DNA of 64,000 nucleotides from Gallionellaceae bacterium (GTDB lineage Bacteria; Pseudomonadota; Gammaproteobacteria; Burkholderiales; Gallionellaceae): NCBI GenBank assembly GCA_008080515.1, contig VIKH01000002.1, positions 57 to 64,056 of the forward strand, read 5' to 3'. Shown piece by piece: positions 1 to 8,634 of this stretch (position 1 is its first letter; each line of letters starts with the position of its first letter). The notes under the pieces were generated by a model. It saw only the letters and a program-made list of their open reading frames with translations, ran no database searches and was not told where the DNA came from. The position numbers and the translations under genes were made by a program.

Positions 1-44
1 TCAACACGAACGGTTTTCAAGTTCAATTTGTGCCGGATCAATAA

Positions 45-131
45 TGTAGGGTGGAAAAAACGTAGCGTTTCCACCAACAAATTGCCATGGCAGATCGGTG
101 GATACGCGCTTCGCGCTTTATCCACCCTACA
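45..131. repeat. Two adjacent REP-like GC-rich hairpins bracketed by GTAGGG...CCCTAC
   Basis: GGTGGAAA (50-57) pairs with TTTCCACC (68-75); GGTGGATA (97-104) pairs with TATCCACC (119-126), with an inner CGCG-CTT-CGCG. GTAGGG 46-51 is the reverse complement of CCCTAC 125-130. ORF 28..288 merely reads through them. Confidence 0.5.
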
Positions 132-397
132 TCTTGGTGTCGGCTCGTCCAGCCTAAAGGTTAAAGGGCACCTCTATAAATTCACATTTCATCCCAACTG
201 CTGTGTTAAAGAAAATTTCTTGCTGACATATCAACTATATGCGGCGCTTCGAAATTTTTTCTGCGCCTTGCATTTGGGCGAACTCTGAATTTTTAGAGTC
301 ACCCTAAATACTGGCTGATAGCTGTAGCGTTGTAAAGTGCCTTGTCGCCCTATGCCCTGTCGCCCTAAACCAAGCTTGGAAGGCGGTCGCCTGGGGG

Positions 398-1765
398 TCA
401 AGCCCCATCAGTTTTATGCGCAACCACCAGGTAACCCTCGACTGGTTTTTTCAGCTCCAACCTGAGTATTTCCGCTTCAATGGATTTGGGGCGAAGCCCG
501 GCCTCTGCCAGAGCGCGTTCGAGGTAATCCCGCGCATGGCTGTAGCGGCCATGCCCATTCAGGCGAAAATCGCCCGACCCTTCGGCGAGGCGCTCAACCG
601 TGAATATGAAATGCCCGCCGCGCCGCAATGCTTTTGCAGCCGCTCTCAAGGCCGGTGCAAGGTCGCCAAAATAACAGAGCGTGTCGGCGCAGATCACCGC
701 GTCAAATGCGCTGCTGGCATTATCCAGAAACGCCGTCAACTCGGCCTCGAAAAGCTCGTCGTAAACATTGCGCGCCCTGGCTCTATCCAGCATCTTGCCG
801 GACAAGTCCACGCCGGACAGATGCTTTGCCAGCGGGCGCACCAGATCGCCGCACATCCCGGTGCCGCAGCCCGCATCCAGGATGTCCAGCGGCTCGCCGG
901 TTGCGCAAGCATCCCGCAATGCCCTATCAACCAGGGATGGAGCCTTATATTCCAGCTTCCGTAGAACCGAATCGAAGCTTTCGGCAAACAAGTCAAAAGT
1001 CTGCTTCACGTATTCGTCGCTGGCCCTATCCGGAATGCCTTCGCCGGAAAGCGCCGAGCGCAGGTGGAGCGGGATCGGATTATCGGGTTCAGACCGCAGC
1101 CAATCATCCAGAACCTTTAGCGCATTCGGAATATCGCCATGGGCATAATAGACATTGCAAAGATCATGGCAGGTTTCCGGGTCGCGCGGCTTGATCTCCA
1201 GCCCCTTGCAGTAGGCGGCTATCGCGTCGTCATACTTCCCGTAACACTTCAGCGCATCAGCAAGATTGCGGTAGTAATCCGAGTTGGCCGGATCGAGCGC
1301 CACCGCTTTGTTCAAGGCCTCGATAGAGGCTTCGTATTGCTTCAGCTCCTTGAGCGCAACGCCAAGGTTGTTGTACGCGGGCGCATAAGTTGGACTCAGT
1401 TCTATGACCCTGCGGAACGATTTTTCCGCCGCATTCAACTCGCCCGTTTGCAGATAGATGTTGCCGAGATTGTTGTTGGCATCAATGTAATCCGGGGAGA
1501 ACGACAGCGCCTTTTCAATCATCCCCACGCCTTCCTGGGAATAGCCGGATTGGTGCTTGAACAGGCCGTAGTAATGCAGCGCATCGGGGTGGTCGGGGGC
1601 CAGTTTCAGCACGGACTTATAAATATCCTCCGCCTCGGTCATGCAGCCGGATTGATGCAGCTTGACTGCAATCACCACAGCCTGATCGAGCGTCACAGGC
1701 TGCTGAATCATCTCGGGCTGATCTGGATGGGTATATTCAGCCACGTTGCGATCTTTCGATTGCAA
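398..1765 (-). CDS. TPR-repeat protein fused to class I SAM-dependent methyltransferase
   Basis: N-terminal TPR units (AEDIYKSVLKLAPDHPDALHYYG, NNLGNIYLQTGELNAAEKSFRRVIELSP, YNNLGVALKELKQYEASIEALNKAVALDP). C-terminal SAM motif I LDILDAGCGTGMCG, then VDLSGKML. Start uncertain; the internal Met at 1711 is possible. Confidence 0.85.
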   Translation of the reverse strand: MQSKDRNVAEYTHPDQPEMIQQPVTLDQAVVIAVKLHQSGCMTEAEDIYKSVLKLAPDHPDALHYYGLFKHQSGYSQEGVGMIEKALSFSPDYIDANNNLGNIYLQTGELNAAEKSFRRVIELSPTYAPAYNNLGVALKELKQYEASIEALNKAVALDPANSDYYRNLADALKCYGKYDDAIAAYCKGLEIKPRDPETCHDLCNVYYAHGDIPNALKVLDDWLRSEPDNPIPLHLRSALSGEGIPDRASDEYVKQTFDLFAESFDSVLRKLEYKAPSLVDRALRDACATGEPLDILDAGCGTGMCGDLVRPLAKHLSGVDLSGKMLDRARARNVYDELFEAELTAFLDNASSAFDAVICADTLCYFGDLAPALRAAAKALRRGGHFIFTVERLAEGSGDFRLNGHGRYSHARDYLERALAEAGLRPKSIEAEILRLELKKPVEGYLVVAHKTDGA

Positions 1766-1972
1766 TCCTCGCCATCATATCAACCAGCGCCTCGCCCTGA
1801 TGGCGGTTGGCCTCCCGATGGGTGCGAAAACGATAAACCCCTTTTTTATGAATCCCACATTCGCTGTTGGCAAGCGCCTCATCTCGTCATTGAACCGCAC
1901 CACTTCGGCAAACAACTCGTCGCTTGCGCCGAAAGTGAGGGGACGTTCTTTTTTATTGCCGACAATTCTCAT
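1737..1972 (-). pseudogene. Small ORF (about 78 aa if repaired) disrupted at an A6G4 run
   Basis: ORF 1775..1972 reads ...ANVGFIKKGFIVFAPIG.... Shifting one base at AAAAAAGGGG (minus strand, 1838-1847) gives ...KKGVYRFRTHREANRHQGEALVDMMARIAIERSQRG, ending at TGA 1737-1739, which looks more protein-like. Family not recognised with certainty. Confidence 0.3.
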
Positions 1973-2035
1973 GTTGGGTTGAATTTGACCAAGCTCAGAT
2001 TGTGCCCCCTTAACCTGCCTATTGAATTCACTCCT

Positions 2036-2140
2036 TCAAATTTTATATCTCGAGCCTAGCCCCTTTGATTTTCCGGACAGATGCCGCAACAGGACATTCT
2101 CCTTGCCGAGGGGAGTGTTGATTTCGAGTAGCCGAGTCAT
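2036..2140 (-). pseudogene. vgrG: vgrG (tssI) 5' remnant, 34 codons
   Basis: ATG 2138-2140 is preceded by AGAGGA about 10 nt upstream. Translation MTRLLEINTPLGKENVLLRHLSGKSKGLGSRYKI* resembles the usual VgrG N-terminus (..R....TPLG.D.LL....G.E.L..F.Y.L) and then stops. Too short to appear in the ORF track. Confidence 0.45.
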
Positions 2141-2203
2141 TTTCTTTTTCCTCTATGTACCGATCATTCCTACTCATGGAATGAGCAATGCTGCACTTTC
2201 AGC

Positions 2204-2668
2204 CTACCTATAACCCATCCAGTCTATAGGAGTCTCCTCAAAGGTCTTGCTATCGAGAATTGGTTTAAGGTTTGTGTCCAACAATTCACAGAACACATTA
2301 AGAAAGGAATTCGCGAAATTGCAAATGTCCGTCTTGGGATCCCGATACGTAAAGAATTTTGTTAGCTCATCATATCCATGCAGCTTTAGAAAATCTTCGA
2401 CGTCTAGCTTACGATTCACGGGTTTTATGATCATCACGGAAAAACCTCCGTTTAACCCTTCACGGGCTGAGTCAAATGCAACACGAATCTCCATACCGGT
2501 CCGTTTGTTAAAGAAGTGAAACACCGAATAGAGTCCCAACTCCTGATTCCCCCCGAGGCTTATCTCTTTGAGTTCAAATCCATGTTTCGCAAATATGAAA
2601 GAATGTTCACGTACAACCTCACCCACAATTGCACCATCGCCTGTAAGAGTTACTTCGGTCTTGTTCAT
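2204..2668 (-). CDS. Hypothetical cytoplasmic protein, candidate immunity partner of the upstream toxin-like ORF
   Basis: 154-aa ORF with no signal peptide or TM segment. Its ATG (2666-2668) overlaps the upstream stop (2665-2667) as ATGA. Low GC like its neighbour. Function inferred from position only. Confidence 0.5.
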   Translation of the reverse strand: MNKTEVTLTGDGAIVGEVVREHSFIFAKHGFELKEISLGGNQELGLYSVFHFFNKRTGMEIRVAFDSAREGLNGGFSVMIIKPVNRKLDVEDFLKLHGYDELTKFFTYRDPKTDICNFANSFLNVFCELLDTNLKPILDSKTFEETPIDWMGYR

Positions 2669-4081
2669 TTTATCGCTCCACCAATACTGCCGTCACCGAA
2701 CAGAATTTGTTTCTCCATATCGTAGAACGGACTATTTTTTTGTCCTCCGGGGTTGCCTACATCCACCACGGTGTAGCCCTGATCTTTTAACTTTTGCGCC
2801 CACGCCTGGTTCTCTTGAAACATCTGTGATTTCCGAACGACATCTTCGGGTATTGGCTCCGGTGAGTATCGTTTTTTTAGTGTAGTCCATTGTTCCGCTG
2901 CGGTCGACGGTATCTTATCTCCGCTAAATGTTTCTACATTGTATCCCGCTCCCCGCGAACCCTTTGAGAATGGTTCCACCGCATCGCTCATGCTGCGTCC
3001 AATCACTGCTACTTTGGTGTTGGTTCCAGAGCGAACCCGGACGGCTTTAACCCCACCGTATGTTGAGTGCTCAAGCTCTGCCACAGACTTGCCCAAAACA
3101 CGCGACTTGTTGACTGGCGGTTCCGCAGGTCGAACTTCCGACCGTGTGGCACTGTGCGCAGGCTGAGTCTTCACAGAAGGCGTCGTCTTAACCCTAGCAT
3201 CAACTTTCTCCACCACCCTACTATCTACACTTTCCCGCAGCTTAGGCTTTAAGCGTGGGTCTTCGACCAATTGCTTCCAGTTCTTTTCAACCCACCCGGC
3301 AAACTGCTCGCCCTTAGGCACTTTTCGAAGATTCGCAACAAGCTCCACTATAGCCTGTTCGGAAACTGCCTTTGCGCCCCCCCCCAACAAGTGCCTGCCC
3401 TTTTTGCATCAAAGCGGCTCCCTGCTTGACACCCATATTCTTGGTAATATAGGCAACAATGGCTTGGAGGATTATCAACACCAACAACCCTACTGCCTCG
3501 GCCCACTCTTCGGCCGCCTTATAAATTTCAATGCTACGTTTTGGCTCTTGCAGATCGCCCGCATCCCAAGCACGGACAACAGCATTTTTCATCATTGAAG
3601 CCAATTCGCCAACATTTCCGGCTATGAAATAAAGCAAGAAACTAAGCCCTAGCCATGTCATAACAACAAGAGCAGTCTTTGATCCGATAGCACCTCCGGC
3701 CACCCCTCCCGGGATTGCTCCAAACCCGCCAGCAAATGCTCCGAGTGCGGCGCCAATTGCTGCACCCAGCCCAGTTGTTGCCGCCCAAACTCCCAGCATC
3801 ATCACCATGCCCGGAATTAGTCCAGAAATAAATTCCTCTGCGGCATAGCCCGTTCGCCGTAAAACGGCTGATGAAGCCAGATTATGAGAATCTACATATT
3901 TATAGGCCTCAAAAAGTGCCATGGCGTTATCAAGGGCGAATGGCCGCTTGTTGCCTTTTATCGCATTCCTGAACAGTTCAGGTGATGGCTGCGGTGAGTT
4001 TCTTAGAACCAATGTTCCCTTATCGAAGCCGACTTGCATCTGCGACGAACAAGTAATCCCAAGCTTGGTAGTTGGTCCCAT
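2665..4081 (-). pseudogene. Putative T6SS cargo protein (about 471 aa if repaired): glycine-zipper/TM N-half plus unassigned C-terminal domain, split by a frameshift in a G9 run
   Basis: ORFs 3314..4081 and 2665..3390 overlap at GGGGGGGGG (C9 on the + strand, 3377-3385). Removing one G joins ...MQKGQALVGGG to AKAVSEQAIVEL.... The N-half has GLGAAIGAALGAFAGGFGAIPGGVAGGAIGS and further hydrophobic helices. The C-terminal ~130 aa (KVAVIGRSMSD...DQGYTVVDVGNP...SPFYDMEKQILFG) cannot be assigned by eye. Confidence 0.55.
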
Positions 4082-4116
4082 TTATAAAACTCGCCAGTCA
4101 AACTTAAAGAATTGAA

Positions 4117-4521
4117 TTATGACCTTGACACGTACCCCGCTTTACCATGTGCAAGCGACAGCAGTTTTTTTACTTCTGATTTGAATTGATCATCAGAGAG
4201 GTTATTGGAGCTAAGGATTTGCTTCACATGCTCAGCAGACGTACGCCGCGCAATCATGCAGGAAGTTGTGCCACTAACAAAACCAGCCAATGCGCCAGCA
4301 ATTGCCCCTGGTACTGAGCCAACCAAAGGAACAGTCACAGAACCTACGCCTGCAAGCGCAACAGCGCCTACACCCGCCATTGGAACGCCAGCGGTTTGAG
4401 CGCATCGCTTTGCCAGTTTCATCAAAGTATCGGCCTCTGAATCGCCTATCCCGAAGTAATCCTTGGCAAGTTCCTTTGTGTCTTCTCCTGCTTGCTCAAT
4501 AACACCTAAATCGCTGCTCAT
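4117..4521 (-). CDS. Small glycine-zipper membrane protein
   Basis: 134 aa. Central GVPMAGVGAVALAGVGSVTVPLVGSVPGAIAGALAGFVSG (repeated small-xxx-small) flanked by hydrophilic ends. First ORF after clpV; low GC. Confidence 0.6.
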   Translation of the reverse strand: MSSDLGVIEQAGEDTKELAKDYFGIGDSEADTLMKLAKRCAQTAGVPMAGVGAVALAGVGSVTVPLVGSVPGAIAGALAGFVSGTTSCMIARRTSAEHVKQILSSNNLSDDQFKSEVKKLLSLAHGKAGYVSRS

Positions 4522-4596
4522 AATGCCCTCCTAAAAATCACAATGGAAAAATCAAAATACAACGGGTCAATATTTGTGACGCCACACTACCCAGCA

Positions 4597-7338
4597 TCAC
4601 TCATACCCATACCCAAACTCCCCATCCTTCACCGAAACCTTCACCCGCTGCACCGTCTTGCCTTCCATCATGCGGGTAAGGAATTCCTGGCTGATGACCG
4701 GCAGCATGGTATTGGTAAGGATGGCGTCTATCATGCGGCCTCCCGATTCCAGTTCGGTGCAGCGGCTGGTGATGAGCTTCACCACTTCGTCGTCGTACTC
4801 GAACGGAACATTGTGGTTTTCCTTGATGCGCTTTGTGATGCGGCCAAGTTGCAGGCGGACGATGTTGCCCAGCATCTCGTCGGAAAGCGGGTAGTAGGGC
4901 ACCACCACCACGCGGCCCAGCATGAGCAGCGGGCCGCGCAGGGCGGTGGCGATGGCTTCCGGTTCCGGAATCAGATCAGGATCTTTGCACATGGCCACGA
5001 TTTCATCGGAGCCGACGTTGGAGGTGAGGATGATGACGGTGTTCTTGAAGTCAATGTAGCGCCCTTCGCCGTCTTCCATCCAGCCTTTGTCGAACACCTG
5101 GAAGAAAATCTCGTGCACGTCCGGGTGGGCTTTTTCCACTTCGTCCAGTAGCACCACGCTGTAAGGTTTGCGCCGCACCGCTTCGGTGAGGACACCGCCT
5201 TCTCCATAGCCGACATAGCCCGGCGGCGCGCCCTTGAGGGTGGATACGGTGTGGGCTTCCTGGTATTCGCTCATGTTGATGGTGATGACGTTTTGCTCGC
5301 CACCGTAAAGCGATTCGGCCAGGGTAAGGGCGGTTTCCGTTTTGCCCACACCTGAGGGGCCGCACAGCATGAATACGCCGATGGGCTTGTTCGGGTTGTC
5401 CAGTTTTGCGCGGGAAGTCTGGATGCGGCGGGCGATCATTTCCAGCCCGTGGCGCTGGCCGATGACACGGGCATTGAGCGTTTCCGCCAGATGCAGGATG
5501 GCCTCCACTTCATTCTTTACCATGCGCCCGACCGGGATGCCGGTCCAGTCCTGCACCACGGAGGCCACCGCCTGTTCTTCGACCGAGGGCAGGATGAGGG
5601 GCGTATCGCCCTGCATCAAGGCCAGCTCTTCCTGCAACTTTTTCAATTCCGCCAGCAGCGCCGCCCGCTCTTCTTCCGGCAGGGCGGCAGGCACGTTAGC
5701 CTCCACCGCCACAATGGCGCCCGGTTCTGCCTTGGCCGCCTCTGCCTCGGCTTCCAGCTTGCTTTTTGTTCCTTCCACCGGCTCGGCTATGCCGCGCAGT
5801 TTGGCGCGGATTTCGAGGATGCGGTTCACCTGCGCCTTTTCGTCCAGCCAGCGTTTTTCCAGCTCGCCGAGCTTGGCCTGGGCGCCCGCCAGTTTTTCAT
5901 GGACCTCGCTGCGGCGCTTGCCTATATCCACGCCCACCGCTTCTTCGCGCCCGATAATCTGCAATTCGGTCTCCAGCGCCTCGATCTGGTGTTGGGTATC
6001 TTCGACCTCTGCCGGGGTGGCATGCTGGCTCACGGCAACGCGGGCGCAGGAGGTATCCAGCAGGCTCACCGCCTTGTCCGGCAACTGGCGCGCGGGGATG
6101 TAGCGGTGGGACAGGCGCACCGCCGCTTCGATCGCCGCATCCATAACCTGCACCCGGTGGTGCTTCTCCAGCACCGAAGCCACGGCGCGCAGCATGAGGA
6201 TGGCCTTGTGCTCCGACGGCTCATCCACCTGTACCACCTGGAAGCGGCGGGTGAGCGCCGGGTCTTTTTCAAAATACTTTTTGTATTCGGCAAACGTGGT
6301 GGCGGCGATGGTGCGCAATTTGCCGCGCGCCAGAGCGGGTTTCAATAAGTTGGCCGCATCGCCGGTTCCCGCCGCGCCGCCCGCTCCGATCAGGGTATGG
6401 GCTTCGTCAATAAACATGATGATGGGTTTGGCCGAGGACTGCACTTCGTCTATCACCTGGCGCAGTCGGTTTTCGAATTCGCCCTTCATGCTGGCGCCTG
6501 CCTGCAGCAGGCCGATGTCGAGAGAATAGATGCTGACATCTTTAAGTTGCGGCGGCACATCGCCCTTGACGATGCGCTGCGCGAAGCCTTCCACAACAGC
6601 GGTCTTGCCGACGCCCGCCTCGCCGGTGAGGATGGGGTTGTTCTGGCGGCGGCGCATGAGGATATCCACGATCTGGCGAATTTCTTCGTCGCGCCCGAGC
6701 ACCGGGTCCATTTCTCCCGAACGCGCCTTGGCGGTAAGATCAACGGCAAACTTCTTGAGTGCTTCCTGCTTGCCCATCTGCGCCGGCGCCATGGCGCCAC
6801 TGGCTTCGCCGGGCACAGCCCCGCCACCCACCTGGAAGCCATCCTTGGCGTCCTGCCCCTCTTCCGGCGATGCGCCGACTATGCTGGCAAATTCTTCGGC
6901 CAGGGTTTCCGTTTTGATCTTCTGGAACTCTTTGGAGATGCCATAGAGCGTGTTGCGCAAATAGGTGGTTTTCAGTGCGCCCACGATGAGGTGTCCGGTG
7001 CGCACCGCTCCTTCGCCAAACATCAAGGTGCCATATACCCAGCCGCGCTCGATGGCATCGTCTATCTGCGACGAGAGATCGGAAATGGAGGTGTGGCCGC
7101 GCGGCAATTGGTCCAGGGTGGAAGTGAAATCTGCGGCCAGCCGCGAGGCATCCAGGTTGAAATGCCGCACGATGTGGTGCAGGTCGCTGTCCTGGTTCTG
7201 CAATATCTGGTGCAGCCAGTGCACCAGTTCCACATACGGGTTTCCCCGCAGCTTGCAGAATACGGTTGCGCCTTCTATTGCCTTGTAGCCAAGCGGGTTA
7301 AGTTTTCCGAAAAGTTTGACACGGCTGATTTCGCTCAT
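4597..7338 (-). CDS. tssH: T6SS AAA+ ATPase ClpV (TssH)
   Basis: 913 aa. Clp N-domain and two AAA modules with Walker A motifs GEAGVGKTA and GPSGVGKTE. Positioned after tssG as in canonical loci. Confidence 0.95.
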   Translation of the reverse strand: MSEISRVKLFGKLNPLGYKAIEGATVFCKLRGNPYVELVHWLHQILQNQDSDLHHIVRHFNLDASRLAADFTSTLDQLPRGHTSISDLSSQIDDAIERGWVYGTLMFGEGAVRTGHLIVGALKTTYLRNTLYGISKEFQKIKTETLAEEFASIVGASPEEGQDAKDGFQVGGGAVPGEASGAMAPAQMGKQEALKKFAVDLTAKARSGEMDPVLGRDEEIRQIVDILMRRRQNNPILTGEAGVGKTAVVEGFAQRIVKGDVPPQLKDVSIYSLDIGLLQAGASMKGEFENRLRQVIDEVQSSAKPIIMFIDEAHTLIGAGGAAGTGDAANLLKPALARGKLRTIAATTFAEYKKYFEKDPALTRRFQVVQVDEPSEHKAILMLRAVASVLEKHHRVQVMDAAIEAAVRLSHRYIPARQLPDKAVSLLDTSCARVAVSQHATPAEVEDTQHQIEALETELQIIGREEAVGVDIGKRRSEVHEKLAGAQAKLGELEKRWLDEKAQVNRILEIRAKLRGIAEPVEGTKSKLEAEAEAAKAEPGAIVAVEANVPAALPEEERAALLAELKKLQEELALMQGDTPLILPSVEEQAVASVVQDWTGIPVGRMVKNEVEAILHLAETLNARVIGQRHGLEMIARRIQTSRAKLDNPNKPIGVFMLCGPSGVGKTETALTLAESLYGGEQNVITINMSEYQEAHTVSTLKGAPPGYVGYGEGGVLTEAVRRKPYSVVLLDEVEKAHPDVHEIFFQVFDKGWMEDGEGRYIDFKNTVIILTSNVGSDEIVAMCKDPDLIPEPEAIATALRGPLLMLGRVVVVPYYPLSDEMLGNIVRLQLGRITKRIKENHNVPFEYDDEVVKLITSRCTELESGGRMIDAILTNTMLPVISQEFLTRMMEGKTVQRVKVSVKDGEFGYGYE

Positions 7339-7485
7339 CTTTATTCTTCCAGGTTATTGTTGTAACACCAGCGTGCCTTGCACGCTCCTCCGATGCCATG
7401 AATCTTAAACTGCACTCTAACCGCGAACCCCACTCCACCGCTATTTCCATAAACCCATTGCACCCCACTTCGATCCTGCAACAGG

Positions 7486-8634
7486 TCAAATCACCAGATC
7501 ATCCGCATCTTGTTCTTCAAGCCGCCCGCCAAGCCATACTGTCCACCCCAGGCGTATCTGCTCCCCCAACAGCGGCAGCGGCACCTCTTCACGCCTAAGT
7601 ATCAGTTGGGCTTCCCAGGCCAGTTCTTCCCCGACATAGAGCCGCACCAAATCCACCAGTTTGGTATAACTTTTTCCGTCAGGCAGGAAGCGCTGGTAAT
7701 TTTTCAGGGAAAGCGGGCCTAGCACGATACGGAATCGGGTCTGGCAATCCCATATCCGCTCCCCGATAACCGCATCCAGGCCAAGCATGGAAAACCCCAG
7801 CCTGCTCCCCAGTCGCGTGCGCTCGGATTCCGGAACAGGCAGCCAGTAGCCCACCCATTCTTCAATATGCACCTGCACCTCGAAATAGTCAGCCAACAAA
7901 ACCTGCAACCCTTCCGCGCATTTGACGTGGCGCGCCAGAATTCCGGCGTGGCCCATCTTGAAAAGGTCATCAACTGAATCCCTGTTGCGCAACGCCGGCG
8001 TCCCCAAACCGCACAGCGCAGCAACATAGCCGCCAAAGCGGTTTTCAGCCGGACGATCCAGGCTCACTACAGGCTGGTGGTTGGCCCATGCGCGATAAAA
8101 CAGCAACAACATGCGATGATGAAACACATCAACAAAGCGCGCAAAAGTTGCATCGCCTTCGTAGCGCTTGCGCTCGTAAGCGTAATCCGTCAAATGCAGC
8201 GGAAGCGCGCCATTGGGCCCGAATAACCCCAACACCCGCTGTTGCAGACGTGGCGGATGGTATTCGTTGGCCGGTTCAACGGAAGCGATGTCAGAGGCTG
8301 CAAATGAGAGAGAGACTTCCTGGCTGACCCGGATGGGTTCATCGCGCGGCCGCTTGGCCCCCCCCAATCGCGGCTTATCCTGAAACGCGCACTCCACCAG
8401 CCGCAAGGCGGAGAACAGCTCGTATTCGCTGGGCGCATCGCCGATACGCTTCAGCACTTCTTCCGGCTTTTCCCGCTGAACCACGGTTTCGTTCTCGCCC
8501 GAAACGCTCCTGGCATGGCGGCGCGCCACCACCAGTTGCCCGATGATCTCGAACAGCGCCGTGCCGAAAGGCGACGCTGCAAGCTGCTTGACAGCGGTTA
8601 AAGCACCGGGCGCCGCCCGAGTCTCGACTTCCAT
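7486..8634 (-). CDS. tssG: T6SS baseplate protein TssG
   Basis: 382 aa, ...YELFSALRLVECAF..KPRLG.... Overlaps the tssF stop by 37 nt and sits in the canonical tssF-tssG-clpV position. Confidence 0.88.
   Translation of the reverse strand: MEVETRAAPGALTAVKQLAASPFGTALFEIIGQLVVARRHARSVSGENETVVQREKPEEVLKRIGDAPSEYELFSALRLVECAFQDKPRLGGAKRPRDEPIRVSQEVSLSFAASDIASVEPANEYHPPRLQQRVLGLFGPNGALPLHLTDYAYERKRYEGDATFARFVDVFHHRMLLLFYRAWANHQPVVSLDRPAENRFGGYVAALCGLGTPALRNRDSVDDLFKMGHAGILARHVKCAEGLQVLLADYFEVQVHIEEWVGYWLPVPESERTRLGSRLGFSMLGLDAVIGERIWDCQTRFRIVLGPLSLKNYQRFLPDGKSYTKLVDLVRLYVGEELAWEAQLILRREEVPLPLLGEQIRLGWTVWLGGRLEEQDADDLVI

Noticed and set aside
28-288. 86-aa + strand ORF at the window start
   Set aside because: It reads straight through two REP-like palindromes, has no RBS, and has an implausible composition.
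7384-7398. Possible sigma54 element TGGCATCGGAGGAGC upstream of clpV
   Set aside because: GG/GC spacing fits, but the -12 region is GAGC rather than TTGC. It sits within an operon gap next to a small hairpin. Too weak to call.
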